A stretch of 32,000 nt of DNA, from positions 1,410,335 through 1,442,334 of the forward strand of contig NZ_FWFR01000001.1 of NCBI RefSeq assembly GCF_900172325.1, given 5' to 3'. The DNA is from Oceanibacterium hippocampi (GTDB taxonomy: Bacteria > Pseudomonadota > Alphaproteobacteria > Sneathiellales > Sneathiellaceae). Below are positions 19,199-27,607 of this stretch, piece by piece. The translations under genes were made by a program, and so were the position numbers. Under the pieces are notes generated by a model. It was not told where the DNA came from. It did no database searches and saw only the letters and a program-made list of their open reading frames with translations. The stretch's first letter is position 1. Every line of letters begins with the position of its first letter.

Positions 19199-19807
19199 AT
19201 GTTCTACACGACCGACGGCCCGCACGGCCTGCCGCACAACCCGTTCATGGCGGTCATGGTACCGCGCCCGATCGGCTGGATTTCCTCGGTGGACGCCGCC
19301 GGCAACCGCAACCTGGCGCCGTTCTCGGTGTTCAACGGCATGCCCTGCGATCCGCCGGTCGTCTTCTTCGGTCCGTCCGGACAGCACAAGGAAGGCGGCC
19401 CGAAGGACAGCCTCCGGAATATCGAGGAAACCGGGGAGTTCGTCTGCAACATCGCCACCTGGGAGACCCGCGAGGCGATGAACGCAAGCTCGGCGCTGGT
19501 GGCCCGCGATGTCGACGAGTTCGAGCTGTCCGGCCTGACGCCGCTGCCGTCGACGCTGGTGAAGCCGGCCCGGGTCGCGGAAAGCCCGGTGCATTTCGAA
19601 TGCGTCCACCTGCAGACGGTTCACCTGCCATCGAAACTGGCAGGCGTCAGCGCCCTCGTCATCGGCCAGGTCGTCGGCATCCATATCGACGAGGGCATCC
19701 TGACCGACGGCATCGTCGACATGAAGAAGTTCCGCCCGATCGCCCGGCTCGGCTCGAGCGACTATACCGTCGTCGACACTATCTTCTCGATGATCCGGCC
19801 GGGCTGA
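19199..19807 (+). CDS. Flavin reductase family protein (copy 1)
   Basis: In-frame ATG at 19199; AVMVPRPIGWISSVDAAGNRNLAPFSVFNGMPCDPPVVFFG is a characteristic FMN-binding flavin reductase-like motif. Confidence 0.92.
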   Translation: MFYTTDGPHGLPHNPFMAVMVPRPIGWISSVDAAGNRNLAPFSVFNGMPCDPPVVFFGPSGQHKEGGPKDSLRNIEETGEFVCNIATWETREAMNASSALVARDVDEFELSGLTPLPSTLVKPARVAESPVHFECVHLQTVHLPSKLAGVSALVIGQVVGIHIDEGILTDGIVDMKKFRPIARLGSSDYTVVDTIFSMIRPG

Positions 19808-19952
19808 ACGCCGGCCCCGCATCTGACCGGCCGGCGGGCGCGGGTCGTCAAGGCTGTGTTTCCGGAACGGCGTCTTTACCCGCGGCCCGCCGCGTTCACA
19901 GTATGCGGGCGCCGCCGGGCGCCGTTCGCGATCCTTCATCCGGGGCAGAGAC

Positions 19953-20564
19953 ATGTTCTACAAGACCGACGGCCCGCACGGCCTGCCGCACAATCCCTTC
20001 AAGGCCGTCATGGTGCCGCGTCCGATCGGCTGGTTCTCGTCGCTCGACGCCGAGGGGAACTGCAACCTGGCGCCCTATTCCTTCTTCAACGCGATGGCTT
20101 CCGACCCGCCTGTCGTCGTTTTCGGCCACAGCGGCCGGAGCCGGCACGGCACGCCCAAGGACAGCATGCGCAATATCGAGGAGACGAAGGAATTCGTCTG
20201 CAACATCGCCACCTGGGAGACCCGCGAGGCGATGAACGCGAGCGCGGCGATGGTCGAGCGCGACGTCGACGAGTTCGCGCTCGCCGGCCTGACGCCGGTC
20301 CCCTCGACCCTGGTCCGGCCGCCGCGCGTCGCCGAGAGCCCGGTGCATTTCGAATGCGTCTACCTGCAGACCGTGCATCTGCCCTCCGACGATCCGGCGA
20401 ATTTCAACGCCGCCGTGTTCGGCCAGGTCGTCGGCGTGCATATCGACGAGAGCATCCTGACCGACGGCGTTGTCGACATGAAGAAGTTCCGCCCGATCGC
20501 CCGCCTCGGCGCGAGCGACTACGCGGTCGTCGATCATGTCTTCGCGATGCGCCGCCCGGCCTGA
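19953..20564 (+). CDS. Flavin reductase family protein (copy 2, tandem paralogue)
   Basis: AVMVPRPIGWFSSLDAEGNCNLAPYSFFNAMASDPPVVVFG; near full-length similarity to the 19199-19807 product. Confidence 0.92.
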   Translation: MFYKTDGPHGLPHNPFKAVMVPRPIGWFSSLDAEGNCNLAPYSFFNAMASDPPVVVFGHSGRSRHGTPKDSMRNIEETKEFVCNIATWETREAMNASAAMVERDVDEFALAGLTPVPSTLVRPPRVAESPVHFECVYLQTVHLPSDDPANFNAAVFGQVVGVHIDESILTDGVVDMKKFRPIARLGASDYAVVDHVFAMRRPA

Positions 20565-20578
20565 TCGCGCGGACCCGG

Positions 20579-21475
20579 TCAGCCGGGCCGGGCGACCTCC
20601 GTGATCCCGAAGATCCAGCCTTCGCCGGCCATGACGCGCGCCGTATCACGCGCGTCGAGCCAATCCGGGCGGGCGAGGGCGGCGACGAGTTCCGCGGCCG
20701 TCATGCCAAGGATCGCATCGCGCTGGGCGGTCACCTGGGCGGCATCGCGGATCTGCAGGTCGAGCGCCCGCCAGGACGAGAGACTCGGCCATATCTCGGT
20801 CAGCACCACGCCGTCGAGGCGCGCCGCCCAATCGGTCTCGAACGGCCAGTAGCGGACGCGCGGGCCGAAATCCGGGTGGCGGGCGAGGCGGTCGAGCGCC
20901 GGCAGGCCCATCAGCACCTGGCCGCCGACCGAGCCGCGGCCGAGCAGCTGCCATGTCGTCATGACGGGGTGGCCGCGGTCGCGCAGCCGGGCCTCGGCGA
21001 TCCGCTTCTCGGCGAAGGGGGAGGCGGCGAAGTCGGGTCGTGTCGGCGCCAGCGCATCCTCGGCGCGGGCCGGCGGCACGCCCCAGAAGGGGCCGGGCGC
21101 CGGCGAAGGACCGATCTCGCGGTTCAGGCGGGCGGCGACGGCGAAGCGGTTGTTGGCGCCTGATCCCGGATCGTCCGCGATGAGTGCGGCGAGCCGCGCG
21201 GCGGCCGCCCGTCCGCCGCCGAGGCCGGAGCCGTCCGGGTAACCGAAGGGAAAATCGAAGCCGGCCAGCACCGGCCCGTCGCAGCCGGCGATCAGTTCCG
21301 CGATGCGCGCCTCACACGCCGCGCGGGTACGGAAATACTCGGCCGCCGGCCGGGCGCCCGCACCCGCTCCCGCGTCGGCCCAGGCGAGCCAGCAGCGGTC
21401 GGGCGACGGCCGGGGCGGGCCGGGGCTCGCCGCCGCCGACCAGTCGACGACGATCACCCGGGCGAAAAGGGTCAC
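20579..21475 (-). CDS. DUF429-like / RNase H-fold-like hypothetical protein
   Basis: VIVVDWSAAASPG N-terminus, PVLAGFDFPFGYPDG, VYWPFETDW-type context (RVRYWPFETDW), VVLTEIWPSLSSW. GTG at 21475 preferred over the track start 21511, which would overlap the upstream SDR stop. Confidence 0.75.
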   Translation of the reverse strand: MTLFARVIVVDWSAAASPGPPRPSPDRCWLAWADAGAGAGARPAAEYFRTRAACEARIAELIAGCDGPVLAGFDFPFGYPDGSGLGGGRAAAARLAALIADDPGSGANNRFAVAARLNREIGPSPAPGPFWGVPPARAEDALAPTRPDFAASPFAEKRIAEARLRDRGHPVMTTWQLLGRGSVGGQVLMGLPALDRLARHPDFGPRVRYWPFETDWAARLDGVVLTEIWPSLSSWRALDLQIRDAAQVTAQRDAILGMTAAELVAALARPDWLDARDTARVMAGEGWIFGITEVARPG

Positions 21476-21479
21476 CGTC

Positions 21480-22376
21480 TCAGCCGGCAAAAAGTTTCTG
21501 CAGGGCGTCATGGGCGGTGGCGAAGGGGCGCGCGCCGGTCATGTCGCTGATGGCGGCATAATGCTCGGCGATCGCCTCCGGGCTCGCCGAGGCGACGTCG
21601 GGAAAGCGGTGCCCGGTCGCCTCGATCACCTGAACCTTCGCGTAGAAGCCGGCGCCGCATTCGACGATATCGCCGCTCGCCTCGCAGGCCTCCGAGGCGA
21701 AATAGGAAACCAGAGCCGCCACGTAGGCCGGATCAAGACGCTTCAGGATCGCCTCGGGGAAGATCGTCTCGCCCATCCGGGTCGCCGCGACCGGGGCGAT
21801 CGTGTTGACCTTGATGCCGTATTTCGCGCCCTCGATCTTCAGCGCGTTCATCAGGCCGATCAGGCCCATCTTGGCGGCGGCGTAATTCGCCTGGCCGAAA
21901 TTGCCGTAGAGCCCGGCCGCCGACGTGGTCATGACGATGCGGCCGTATCCCTGTTCCCTCATCAGCGGGAAGGCGGCATGGCTCACGAAGGCCGAGCCGA
22001 GCAGGTGGACACGCAGCACCGCCTCGAAATCGGCCGGGTCCATCTTCTGGAAGCTCTTGTCACGCAGGATGCCGGCATTGTTGACGAGGATGTCGAGCCG
22101 GCCGAAGGTCTCGACCGCTTTCGCCACGATGGCCGCCGCCTCGGTCGCCTCGGCGACGCTTTCGTAGGCCGCGACCGCCTCGCCGCCGGCCGCCCTGATC
22201 TCTTCCACCACGCTGTCGGCGGCCCGGTGGGTCGCGCCGGAACCGTCCAGAGCGCCGCCCGGATCGTTGACGACGACACGGGCGCCGCGTTCGGCCAGCG
22301 CCAGTGCATGGGCCCGGCCGAGGCCCTGGCCGGACCCGGTGACGATGGCGACGCGGCCGTCGAGGCGGATGGTCAT
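21480..22376 (-). CDS. SDR-family oxidoreductase (3-hydroxyacyl-CoA dehydrogenase / MFE-2-like)
   Basis: ATG at 22376; MTIRLDGRVAIVTGSGQGLGRAHALALAERGARVVVNDPGG, NNAGILRDKSFQKM, YAAAK catalytic YxxxK. Confidence 0.93.
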   Translation of the reverse strand: MTIRLDGRVAIVTGSGQGLGRAHALALAERGARVVVNDPGGALDGSGATHRAADSVVEEIRAAGGEAVAAYESVAEATEAAAIVAKAVETFGRLDILVNNAGILRDKSFQKMDPADFEAVLRVHLLGSAFVSHAAFPLMREQGYGRIVMTTSAAGLYGNFGQANYAAAKMGLIGLMNALKIEGAKYGIKVNTIAPVAATRMGETIFPEAILKRLDPAYVAALVSYFASEACEASGDIVECGAGFYAKVQVIEATGHRFPDVASASPEAIAEHYAAISDMTGARPFATAHDALQKLFAG

Positions 22377-22508
22377 ATGCGCGGCTCCCCTGCTGTCGAA
22401 CGCTTTCCAACCGTTATGCCCGAGCCCCGGCCCGGGGCCAAGAGGGGCGCTTGACCGCAAGGTGGGCGCGGGCGGAAGATCCGACCGGGGCAAGTAGGCG
22501 AGGGAGCC

Positions 22509-23336
22509 GTGGCGGAAGGAGCGCCGGCAGGGCGGTTCAGCGATCCGGGCCGGCACGCGGCGGCGCTTTGCCGGATCGTTCAGGGTCTCGTCCTTCACGA
22601 GCAGCTCGGGCCTCTCCACGGTGTCGCGATCCCGGCGGAGCGCCGGGCCGAGGTCCATATCCGGGCGCTCGACGAGATGCTCGACCGGATGCTGGAACTC
22701 GATCCCGCTTCTCTGGACGTCGCCCGCCCGCCGCTGCGGCGACTGGTCGGCAGTTGCCGAGATTACGCGCTCCTGCTGATCGCGATGCTGCGGGCGCAAG
22801 GCTGCGAGGCCCGCGCACGTTGCGGCTTCGCGGGCTACTTCGAACCCGGGCGCCATGTCGATCACTGGGTGGCCGAATGGCGGCGGCCCGGCGGGCATCG
22901 CTGGACCCGACTCGATGCGGAACTGGACCCGGGCGCGATCGCCGCCTTCGCGATCGATCTCGATCCGCTGGACGTGCCCGTCGACCGTTTCCTCGACGCC
23001 GGTACCGCCTGGACGCTGGCGCGCGCCGGGGCCCTCGATCCGGACGGCTTCGGGATTGCCGGGATGTCCGGATACTGGTTCATGACCGGCAATCTGCTTC
23101 GCGATCTCGCGGCCCTGAACGGGGTCGAGACGCTGCCCTGGGACTGCTGGGGCGCGATGGCGGCCGATTTCGAGACCCTGGACGCCGCACGGTTGGCCCG
23201 GTTCGACCGCCTCGCCGCAATCGTCAGGGGCACGGCGCCGGACCTCGCGGCCTGCCGGGCGGCCTATGCCGAACCGGGGATGCTGGTGCCGGCGACGGTG
23301 CGGAACGCCGTGCGTGGCCGGGACGAGGCGATCTAG
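22509..23336 (+). CDS. Transglutaminase-like domain protein
   Basis: GSCRDYALLLIAMLRAQGCEARARCGFAGYFEPGRHVDHWVAEW: Cys-His-Asp arrangement of the transglutaminase-like fold. Confidence 0.85.
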   Translation: MAEGAPAGRFSDPGRHAAALCRIVQGLVLHEQLGPLHGVAIPAERRAEVHIRALDEMLDRMLELDPASLDVARPPLRRLVGSCRDYALLLIAMLRAQGCEARARCGFAGYFEPGRHVDHWVAEWRRPGGHRWTRLDAELDPGAIAAFAIDLDPLDVPVDRFLDAGTAWTLARAGALDPDGFGIAGMSGYWFMTGNLLRDLAALNGVETLPWDCWGAMAADFETLDAARLARFDRLAAIVRGTAPDLAACRAAYAEPGMLVPATVRNAVRGRDEAI

Positions 23337-23830
23337 CCGATCAGCGCCTCGGCGGCGGCGATATTGTTGACATGGCGGTCGCGCATCTCGCGAAGGCCGG
23401 CATGGATCGCGTCGTCGGCGATCCGGGGCAGCAGTTCGCCGAGCCGCTTCGCGACCCAGTCCTGGCCGCGGTTGAGGAAGGCGAGGCGTTCGTCCGGGGT
23501 CTCGCGGCGGAGCGCCTTCTCGAGGAAACTGCCGGTCGCCTTGCTGGGCTCCGCGCCGAGGCGGCCGACGAAGTCGGTGAGCAGGGCGCAATAGCGCGCC
23601 TCGTCGTCGCGCGCCGCCTCGAGCGTCGCCCGCGCCGTCGCCGGCCAGGTGTCGTCCCTGAGCCAGGCGGCGAGCGTGCGTGCCCCGGCGCGCTCGGCCT
23701 CCAGCAACTCGTTGAGGGCCACGGCCAGCTCGGCCGGCGGCAGATAGCCCATATAGTCGGGCGGAGCCTCGGCCATCGCGCAGGGCGGCGAGGCGCCCTC
23801 GTTCCTGTTGCCGGCTTCCTCGTTGGCCAT
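23333..23830 (-). CDS. Ferritin-like / DUF6306-type protein
   Basis: ATG at 23830; LNELLEAERAGARTLAAWL, EARYCALLTDFV, MRDRHVNNIAAAEAL; helical with Glu residues. Confidence 0.7.
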   Translation of the reverse strand: MANEEAGNRNEGASPPCAMAEAPPDYMGYLPPAELAVALNELLEAERAGARTLAAWLRDDTWPATARATLEAARDDEARYCALLTDFVGRLGAEPSKATGSFLEKALRRETPDERLAFLNRGQDWVAKRLGELLPRIADDAIHAGLREMRDRHVNNIAAAEALIG

Positions 23831-23846
23831 CGTGTCCTCTCCCGCC

Positions 23847-25124
23847 TCAGTGCGTCCGTTCGAGGATGACGACCGAGCAGGCCGCTTCCTCGACACCCAT
23901 GACCCCGCCGCCGTTCTCCTGGATCGCGAAGGTCGGGTCCTTCACCTGGCGGTCGCCGGCCTCGCCGCGAAGCTGGCGAACCATCTCCTCGATCATCGAG
24001 AGCCCGGTGGCGCCGACCGGGTGGCCCTTCGAGACCAGCCCGCCCGAGGTGTTGATCGGGATCCGCCCGTCGAGCGCCGTCTCGCCGTCCGCGGCCAGCT
24101 TGCCGCCGTCGCCAAAGTCGCAGAAGCCGAGCATCTCCGACTGGTAGACCTCGCAGAACGAGGTCGCGTCATGTACCTCGGCGAGCGACATGTCGGCCGG
24201 GGAGAGCCCGGCGAAGTCGTAAGCCTTCCGGGCCGCGACATGGCTGAGCGAGGGCTCGTCAAGGGCCCGGTACTTGCCGCCGGTGAGCACGCTCGCCCGT
24301 ACCTTCACCGCGCGCGCCTGCGCCTCCTTCGGCAGGTTGGCCAGGAAATCGCCGGAGCAGAGGATGGCGGCGGCCGCCCCGTCGCCGATCGGCGCGCACA
24401 TCGAGCGCGTCAGCGGCGGGCTGACCGGGCGGTCGCCCAGGACCTGCTCGGCGGTCATCTCGAAGCGGTATTGCGCCTTCGGGTTATTCGCGCCGTTGTT
24501 ATGGCTCTTGGCCGCGGCGGCGGCGATCTGCGCCTGGGTCGTGCCGTAGGTCTGCATGTGCCAGGCGGCCTGCATGGCGTAGGTGTCCATGAAGATCGTG
24601 CGGTCGCCGCCGGGCGCGAAGGGGCGACCGATGGCCTCGCCGACCTCGCGGTAATGGTCCTGCCATTCCTCCGGGTCGAGATTGTCGATGCCGGCCTGGA
24701 AACCGGCCTGGATCCTCTCCCAGTCGCCGGCGAAGAAGGTCTTCTCGACGCCGATGGCGAGCGAGCACTGGACCATCCCGGACATGATATCCTTGACCGC
24801 GCCGTGGAAGGCCATGGAGGCGGTGGCGCAGGCGCCCTCGACATTGACGATCGGCACGCGCTCGGGGAACAGGCCCTCGCGGACCAGCGGCGTGAAGCAG
24901 ACCTGGCCGCGGATGCAGGCCTGGTCGGCATTCCACATGCCGCAATTGCCGAACCAGCCGAACTCGATGGCGCTGCCGTCCTCGAGCCCGGAATCCTCGA
25001 GCACGCCCAGGTAGGCCTCCCGCGTCAGGTCCTTGAAGCTGCGGCCCGGGTACTTGCCGAACGCGCTGGTGTAGGCGCCGATGACATAGACATCTCGCAG
25101 CGTGGCATCGGGCATCGGGGGCAT
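23847..25124 (-). CDS. Thiolase family protein, SCP2/lipid-transfer type
   Basis: VNVEGACATASMAFHGAV catalytic Cys region, HDATSFCEV, GGLVSKGHPVGATG, ENGGGVMG. The second ATG (25115) is better spaced from the GAGGAG Shine-Dalgarno and may be the true start. Confidence 0.9.
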   Translation of the reverse strand: MPPMPDATLRDVYVIGAYTSAFGKYPGRSFKDLTREAYLGVLEDSGLEDGSAIEFGWFGNCGMWNADQACIRGQVCFTPLVREGLFPERVPIVNVEGACATASMAFHGAVKDIMSGMVQCSLAIGVEKTFFAGDWERIQAGFQAGIDNLDPEEWQDHYREVGEAIGRPFAPGGDRTIFMDTYAMQAAWHMQTYGTTQAQIAAAAAKSHNNGANNPKAQYRFEMTAEQVLGDRPVSPPLTRSMCAPIGDGAAAAILCSGDFLANLPKEAQARAVKVRASVLTGGKYRALDEPSLSHVAARKAYDFAGLSPADMSLAEVHDATSFCEVYQSEMLGFCDFGDGGKLAADGETALDGRIPINTSGGLVSKGHPVGATGLSMIEEMVRQLRGEAGDRQVKDPTFAIQENGGGVMGVEEAACSVVILERTH

Positions 25125-25198
25125 CTCCTCAATCAGTCGGTCGTTTGTTCATTTGCGCCCGAGTCTCGACCTCCGGCGCGCCGAGATCAAGAGGCGGA

Positions 25199-26647
25199 TC
25201 AGGGATAAATCGCGGCCCGGAAATCGGCGGCGATCTGCGCCGCCGCCGGCCCCGGCGCGGTTGGCCCTTCGAGCGGCGGTACCGCCGCGCGGATTTGCCC
25301 GAGCCTTGCGGCGAGCGCCGGCGGCACCGCCCGTCCGGTCGCGTGGAAGGCCTGGCTGGCGACCAGCGCCAGGGTGGCCAGCGCCGATTCCAGCATCCGC
25401 CCGGCCTCGGCCTGGCCGATCCAGGCGAAGCTCGAATTGGTGGCGACGTCGTTCTGGCCGAAGCCGCCGCTTTCCGCGCCCGGCAGGAAGGTCCGCGCCG
25501 CCGCCCGCCGGGCCTGCTCGCCATAGCCGACCAGCGCCATCGGCGTGCAGCCGAGATAGGGCAGCGCGCCGTCCCCGGTGCCGAGCTGGTCGGGCAGCAG
25601 CGAGATCGCGCCGTCGAGCGTCTTGGCGGCGATCCGGTCGGCCAGCGTGCAGAGATCGGCGTAGGCGGCGGCCAGTTCGTCCATCGCCGGCGCCGCCATC
25701 GCGTTGTGATAGCCGCCAGTCGAGGCGATCCGGCCGTTCGGATGCGCCGGATCGGCCTCGTCGCCGGGCGGCAGGTAGACCGGGTTGTCGGTAACGGCCG
25801 CAAGCGAGACCCCGGCCGCGCGCCGCGCCTCGGCCTCCGCCCGCCGGGCGCGCGCCAGCAGGCGCGGCAGGATGCGGAACGAGACCGGTGCCTGGTAGGG
25901 CCGCCGCCTGTCGGTGCCGCCGGCGATGAGCGCGCGCATCCGGGCGAGCGTCGCCGTCTCGTGCGGATCGCCCCAGAGCGTCCCGAGGGCCTCGTCGAGA
26001 TGCTCCCGCGGCGCCTGGAAGGCCTCGTAGGCGAGCGCGAAGATTTCCTCGGCGACGGCGAGGCGGCGTTCGGCCAGAAGCACGGAATCGGCGATCAGCG
26101 CGCTTGCCATCGGACTGCCGTTGATCAGCGCCAGCGCCTCCTTCTCGGCCAGCGTCACGCGTTCGGCGAGCGGCACGAACAGGTGCGAAAGCGCGAGGAT
26201 CTCGCCGGCCCCGCCCAGGCCGTCCATGGGCACGAGCGGCAGCGACGGGTCGTCGAGCAGGGCCGCCACGGCCTCGGCGAGCGGCAGGCTGACCGCGGCA
26301 TGGCCGCCCAGGAAATTGGCGAGCCGGGCGAAGACGATGCCCCGGGTCACCCGCTCCGGCATCGGCGGGCCGAAACTCGCCATGTCCGGATAGGGCGGGC
26401 GCTTCGCCTGGGCCTTCCGGCCGGCCTCGTCGAGCCGTATCTTCGCCTGCTGGCCATAGCCCGAGGTGACGCCGTAGACGGTGATGCCGGGCTGCTCGAT
26501 CAGGCGCAGGAAGGCGGCCCGGGCGGCCGCGATGCGCGCCCCGGCCTCGGCCCCGATCCGCACCGTCGCGCCCTCCCAGGCGACCCGGCGGTAGCGGTCG
26601 AGCGTCAGGTCGGCACGGCTTTCGAGCGTGATCACGCGGTCGGTCAT
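25199..26647 (-). CDS. Aromatic amino acid ammonia-lyase (HAL/PAL) family homologue lacking the canonical MIO triad
   Basis: YGVTSGYG, VPMDGLGGAGEILALSHLF, LALINGSPMASALI, VSFRILPRLLA, VTDNPVYLPPG, GGFGQNDVATNSSF: the ordered motif set of the family, but no Ala-Ser-Gly. Confidence 0.85.
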   Translation of the reverse strand: MTDRVITLESRADLTLDRYRRVAWEGATVRIGAEAGARIAAARAAFLRLIEQPGITVYGVTSGYGQQAKIRLDEAGRKAQAKRPPYPDMASFGPPMPERVTRGIVFARLANFLGGHAAVSLPLAEAVAALLDDPSLPLVPMDGLGGAGEILALSHLFVPLAERVTLAEKEALALINGSPMASALIADSVLLAERRLAVAEEIFALAYEAFQAPREHLDEALGTLWGDPHETATLARMRALIAGGTDRRRPYQAPVSFRILPRLLARARRAEAEARRAAGVSLAAVTDNPVYLPPGDEADPAHPNGRIASTGGYHNAMAAPAMDELAAAYADLCTLADRIAAKTLDGAISLLPDQLGTGDGALPYLGCTPMALVGYGEQARRAAARTFLPGAESGGFGQNDVATNSSFAWIGQAEAGRMLESALATLALVASQAFHATGRAVPPALAARLGQIRAAVPPLEGPTAPGPAAAQIAADFRAAIYP

Positions 26648-26783
26648 CGGGTTCCCCTTTCGGCGCGGTCTTGATACAGCCGCATTTCGACGCGATGTTA
26701 GGCGCTCCGGCCCATGACGTCAGCCTCGCGTCAGGCAGCGGTCGGGGACCGAGCGAATATCCGCGCGAAACGGGAGACGATCC

Positions 26784-27080
26784 ATGGCCAGGCTGCTCAT
26801 TCCGACGCTGCTGACGGCGTCCCTGCTGTGCGGCGGCGCGCTGGCCCAGGAGCCGAACAAGGAGGATCCTTCCGAGCTTGCGCGCGAGGGCATCGAGCGC
26901 TTCATGCGTGCGCTCGAGCTGTTCGTCGACCAGATCCCGCTTTACGGCGTACCCTACGTGGACGGCGACGGCAATGTCGTCATCCCGCGCATCGATCGCG
27001 ACAAGGCCGACGAGGGCGATGACAGGCCGATGCCGGAAGAGAAGAAGAACGAGGGCAAGGTCGAGGAAACCCGTCTCTGA
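26784..27080 (+). CDS. Small secreted hypothetical protein with charged C-terminus
   Basis: ATG at 26784 with GGGAG upstream; signal peptide LLIPTLLTASLLCGGALAQ; IPLYGVPYVDGDGNVVIPRIDR. Confidence 0.7.
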   Translation: MARLLIPTLLTASLLCGGALAQEPNKEDPSELAREGIERFMRALELFVDQIPLYGVPYVDGDGNVVIPRIDRDKADEGDDRPMPEEKKNEGKVEETRL

Positions 27081-27104
27081 CCGGCCGCCTGCCGATCCCG
27101 TTCC

Positions 27105-27542
27105 ATGACTGATTTCGGCGTCTATGCCGGCCTGTTCGCGATCGCCTTCCTGGCCGCCACGATCCTTCCGGCGCAGTCGGAGGCCGGCCTCTCGGCGCTG
27201 CTGCTCGCGGGCGACCGGCCGGTGCTGCTGCTCGTCGCCGTGGCGAGCGCCGGCAACACGCTGGGCGCCGTGGTCAACTGGCTGCTCGGCCGCTTCATCG
27301 AACGCTTTCGTGGCCGTCGCTGGTTCCCGGCCAGTCCCGCGCAGGTCGAGCGCGCGTCCGGCTGGTACCGCCGCTACGGCTACTGGAGCCTGCTGCTGAG
27401 CTGGGTGCCGTTCATCGGCGATCCGCTGACCCTGGTCGCCGGCCTGTTGCGGGAGCCGCTCTGGCGCTTCTTGGCACTCGTCACGCTGGCCAAGACCGGC
27501 CGCTATGTCGTCGTCGCGATGATCGTCCTGCAGTGGGTCTGA
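27105..27542 (+). CDS. YqaA-family inner membrane protein (SNARE-associated/DedA-like)
   Basis: FLAATILPAQSEAGLSALLL, NTLGAVVNWLLGRF, YGYWSLLLSWVPFIGDPLTLVAGLLR. Confidence 0.88.
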   Translation: MTDFGVYAGLFAIAFLAATILPAQSEAGLSALLLAGDRPVLLLVAVASAGNTLGAVVNWLLGRFIERFRGRRWFPASPAQVERASGWYRRYGYWSLLLSWVPFIGDPLTLVAGLLREPLWRFLALVTLAKTGRYVVVAMIVLQWV

Positions 27543-27560
27543 GCCGGCAATTGCATCCGG

Positions 27561-27588
27561 CCGACATTGCCGTCAACATCCGGAAAAA
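27561..27588 (+). repeat. Intergenic 28-nt repeat, copy A
   Basis: CCGACATTGCCGTCAACATCCGGAAAAA; 24/28 identical to copy B at 28589-28616. Confidence 0.6.
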
Positions 27589-27607
27589 ACACGGCAACGG
27601 ACCTGAC

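Noticed and set aside
19811-19837. GCCGGCC...GGCCGGC hairpin between the two flavin reductase genes
   Set aside because: No T run follows, and GCCGGC words are common in this GC-rich sequence.
21480-23591. 703-aa minus-strand ORF suggesting an SDR with a long N-terminal extension
   Set aside because: The SDR Rossmann motif starts at MTIRLDGRVAIVTG (22376); the extension is antisense to the transglutaminase-like gene.
25145-26674. 509-aa plus-strand ORF antisense to the lyase homologue
   Set aside because: Shadow ORF; all motif evidence lies on the minus strand.
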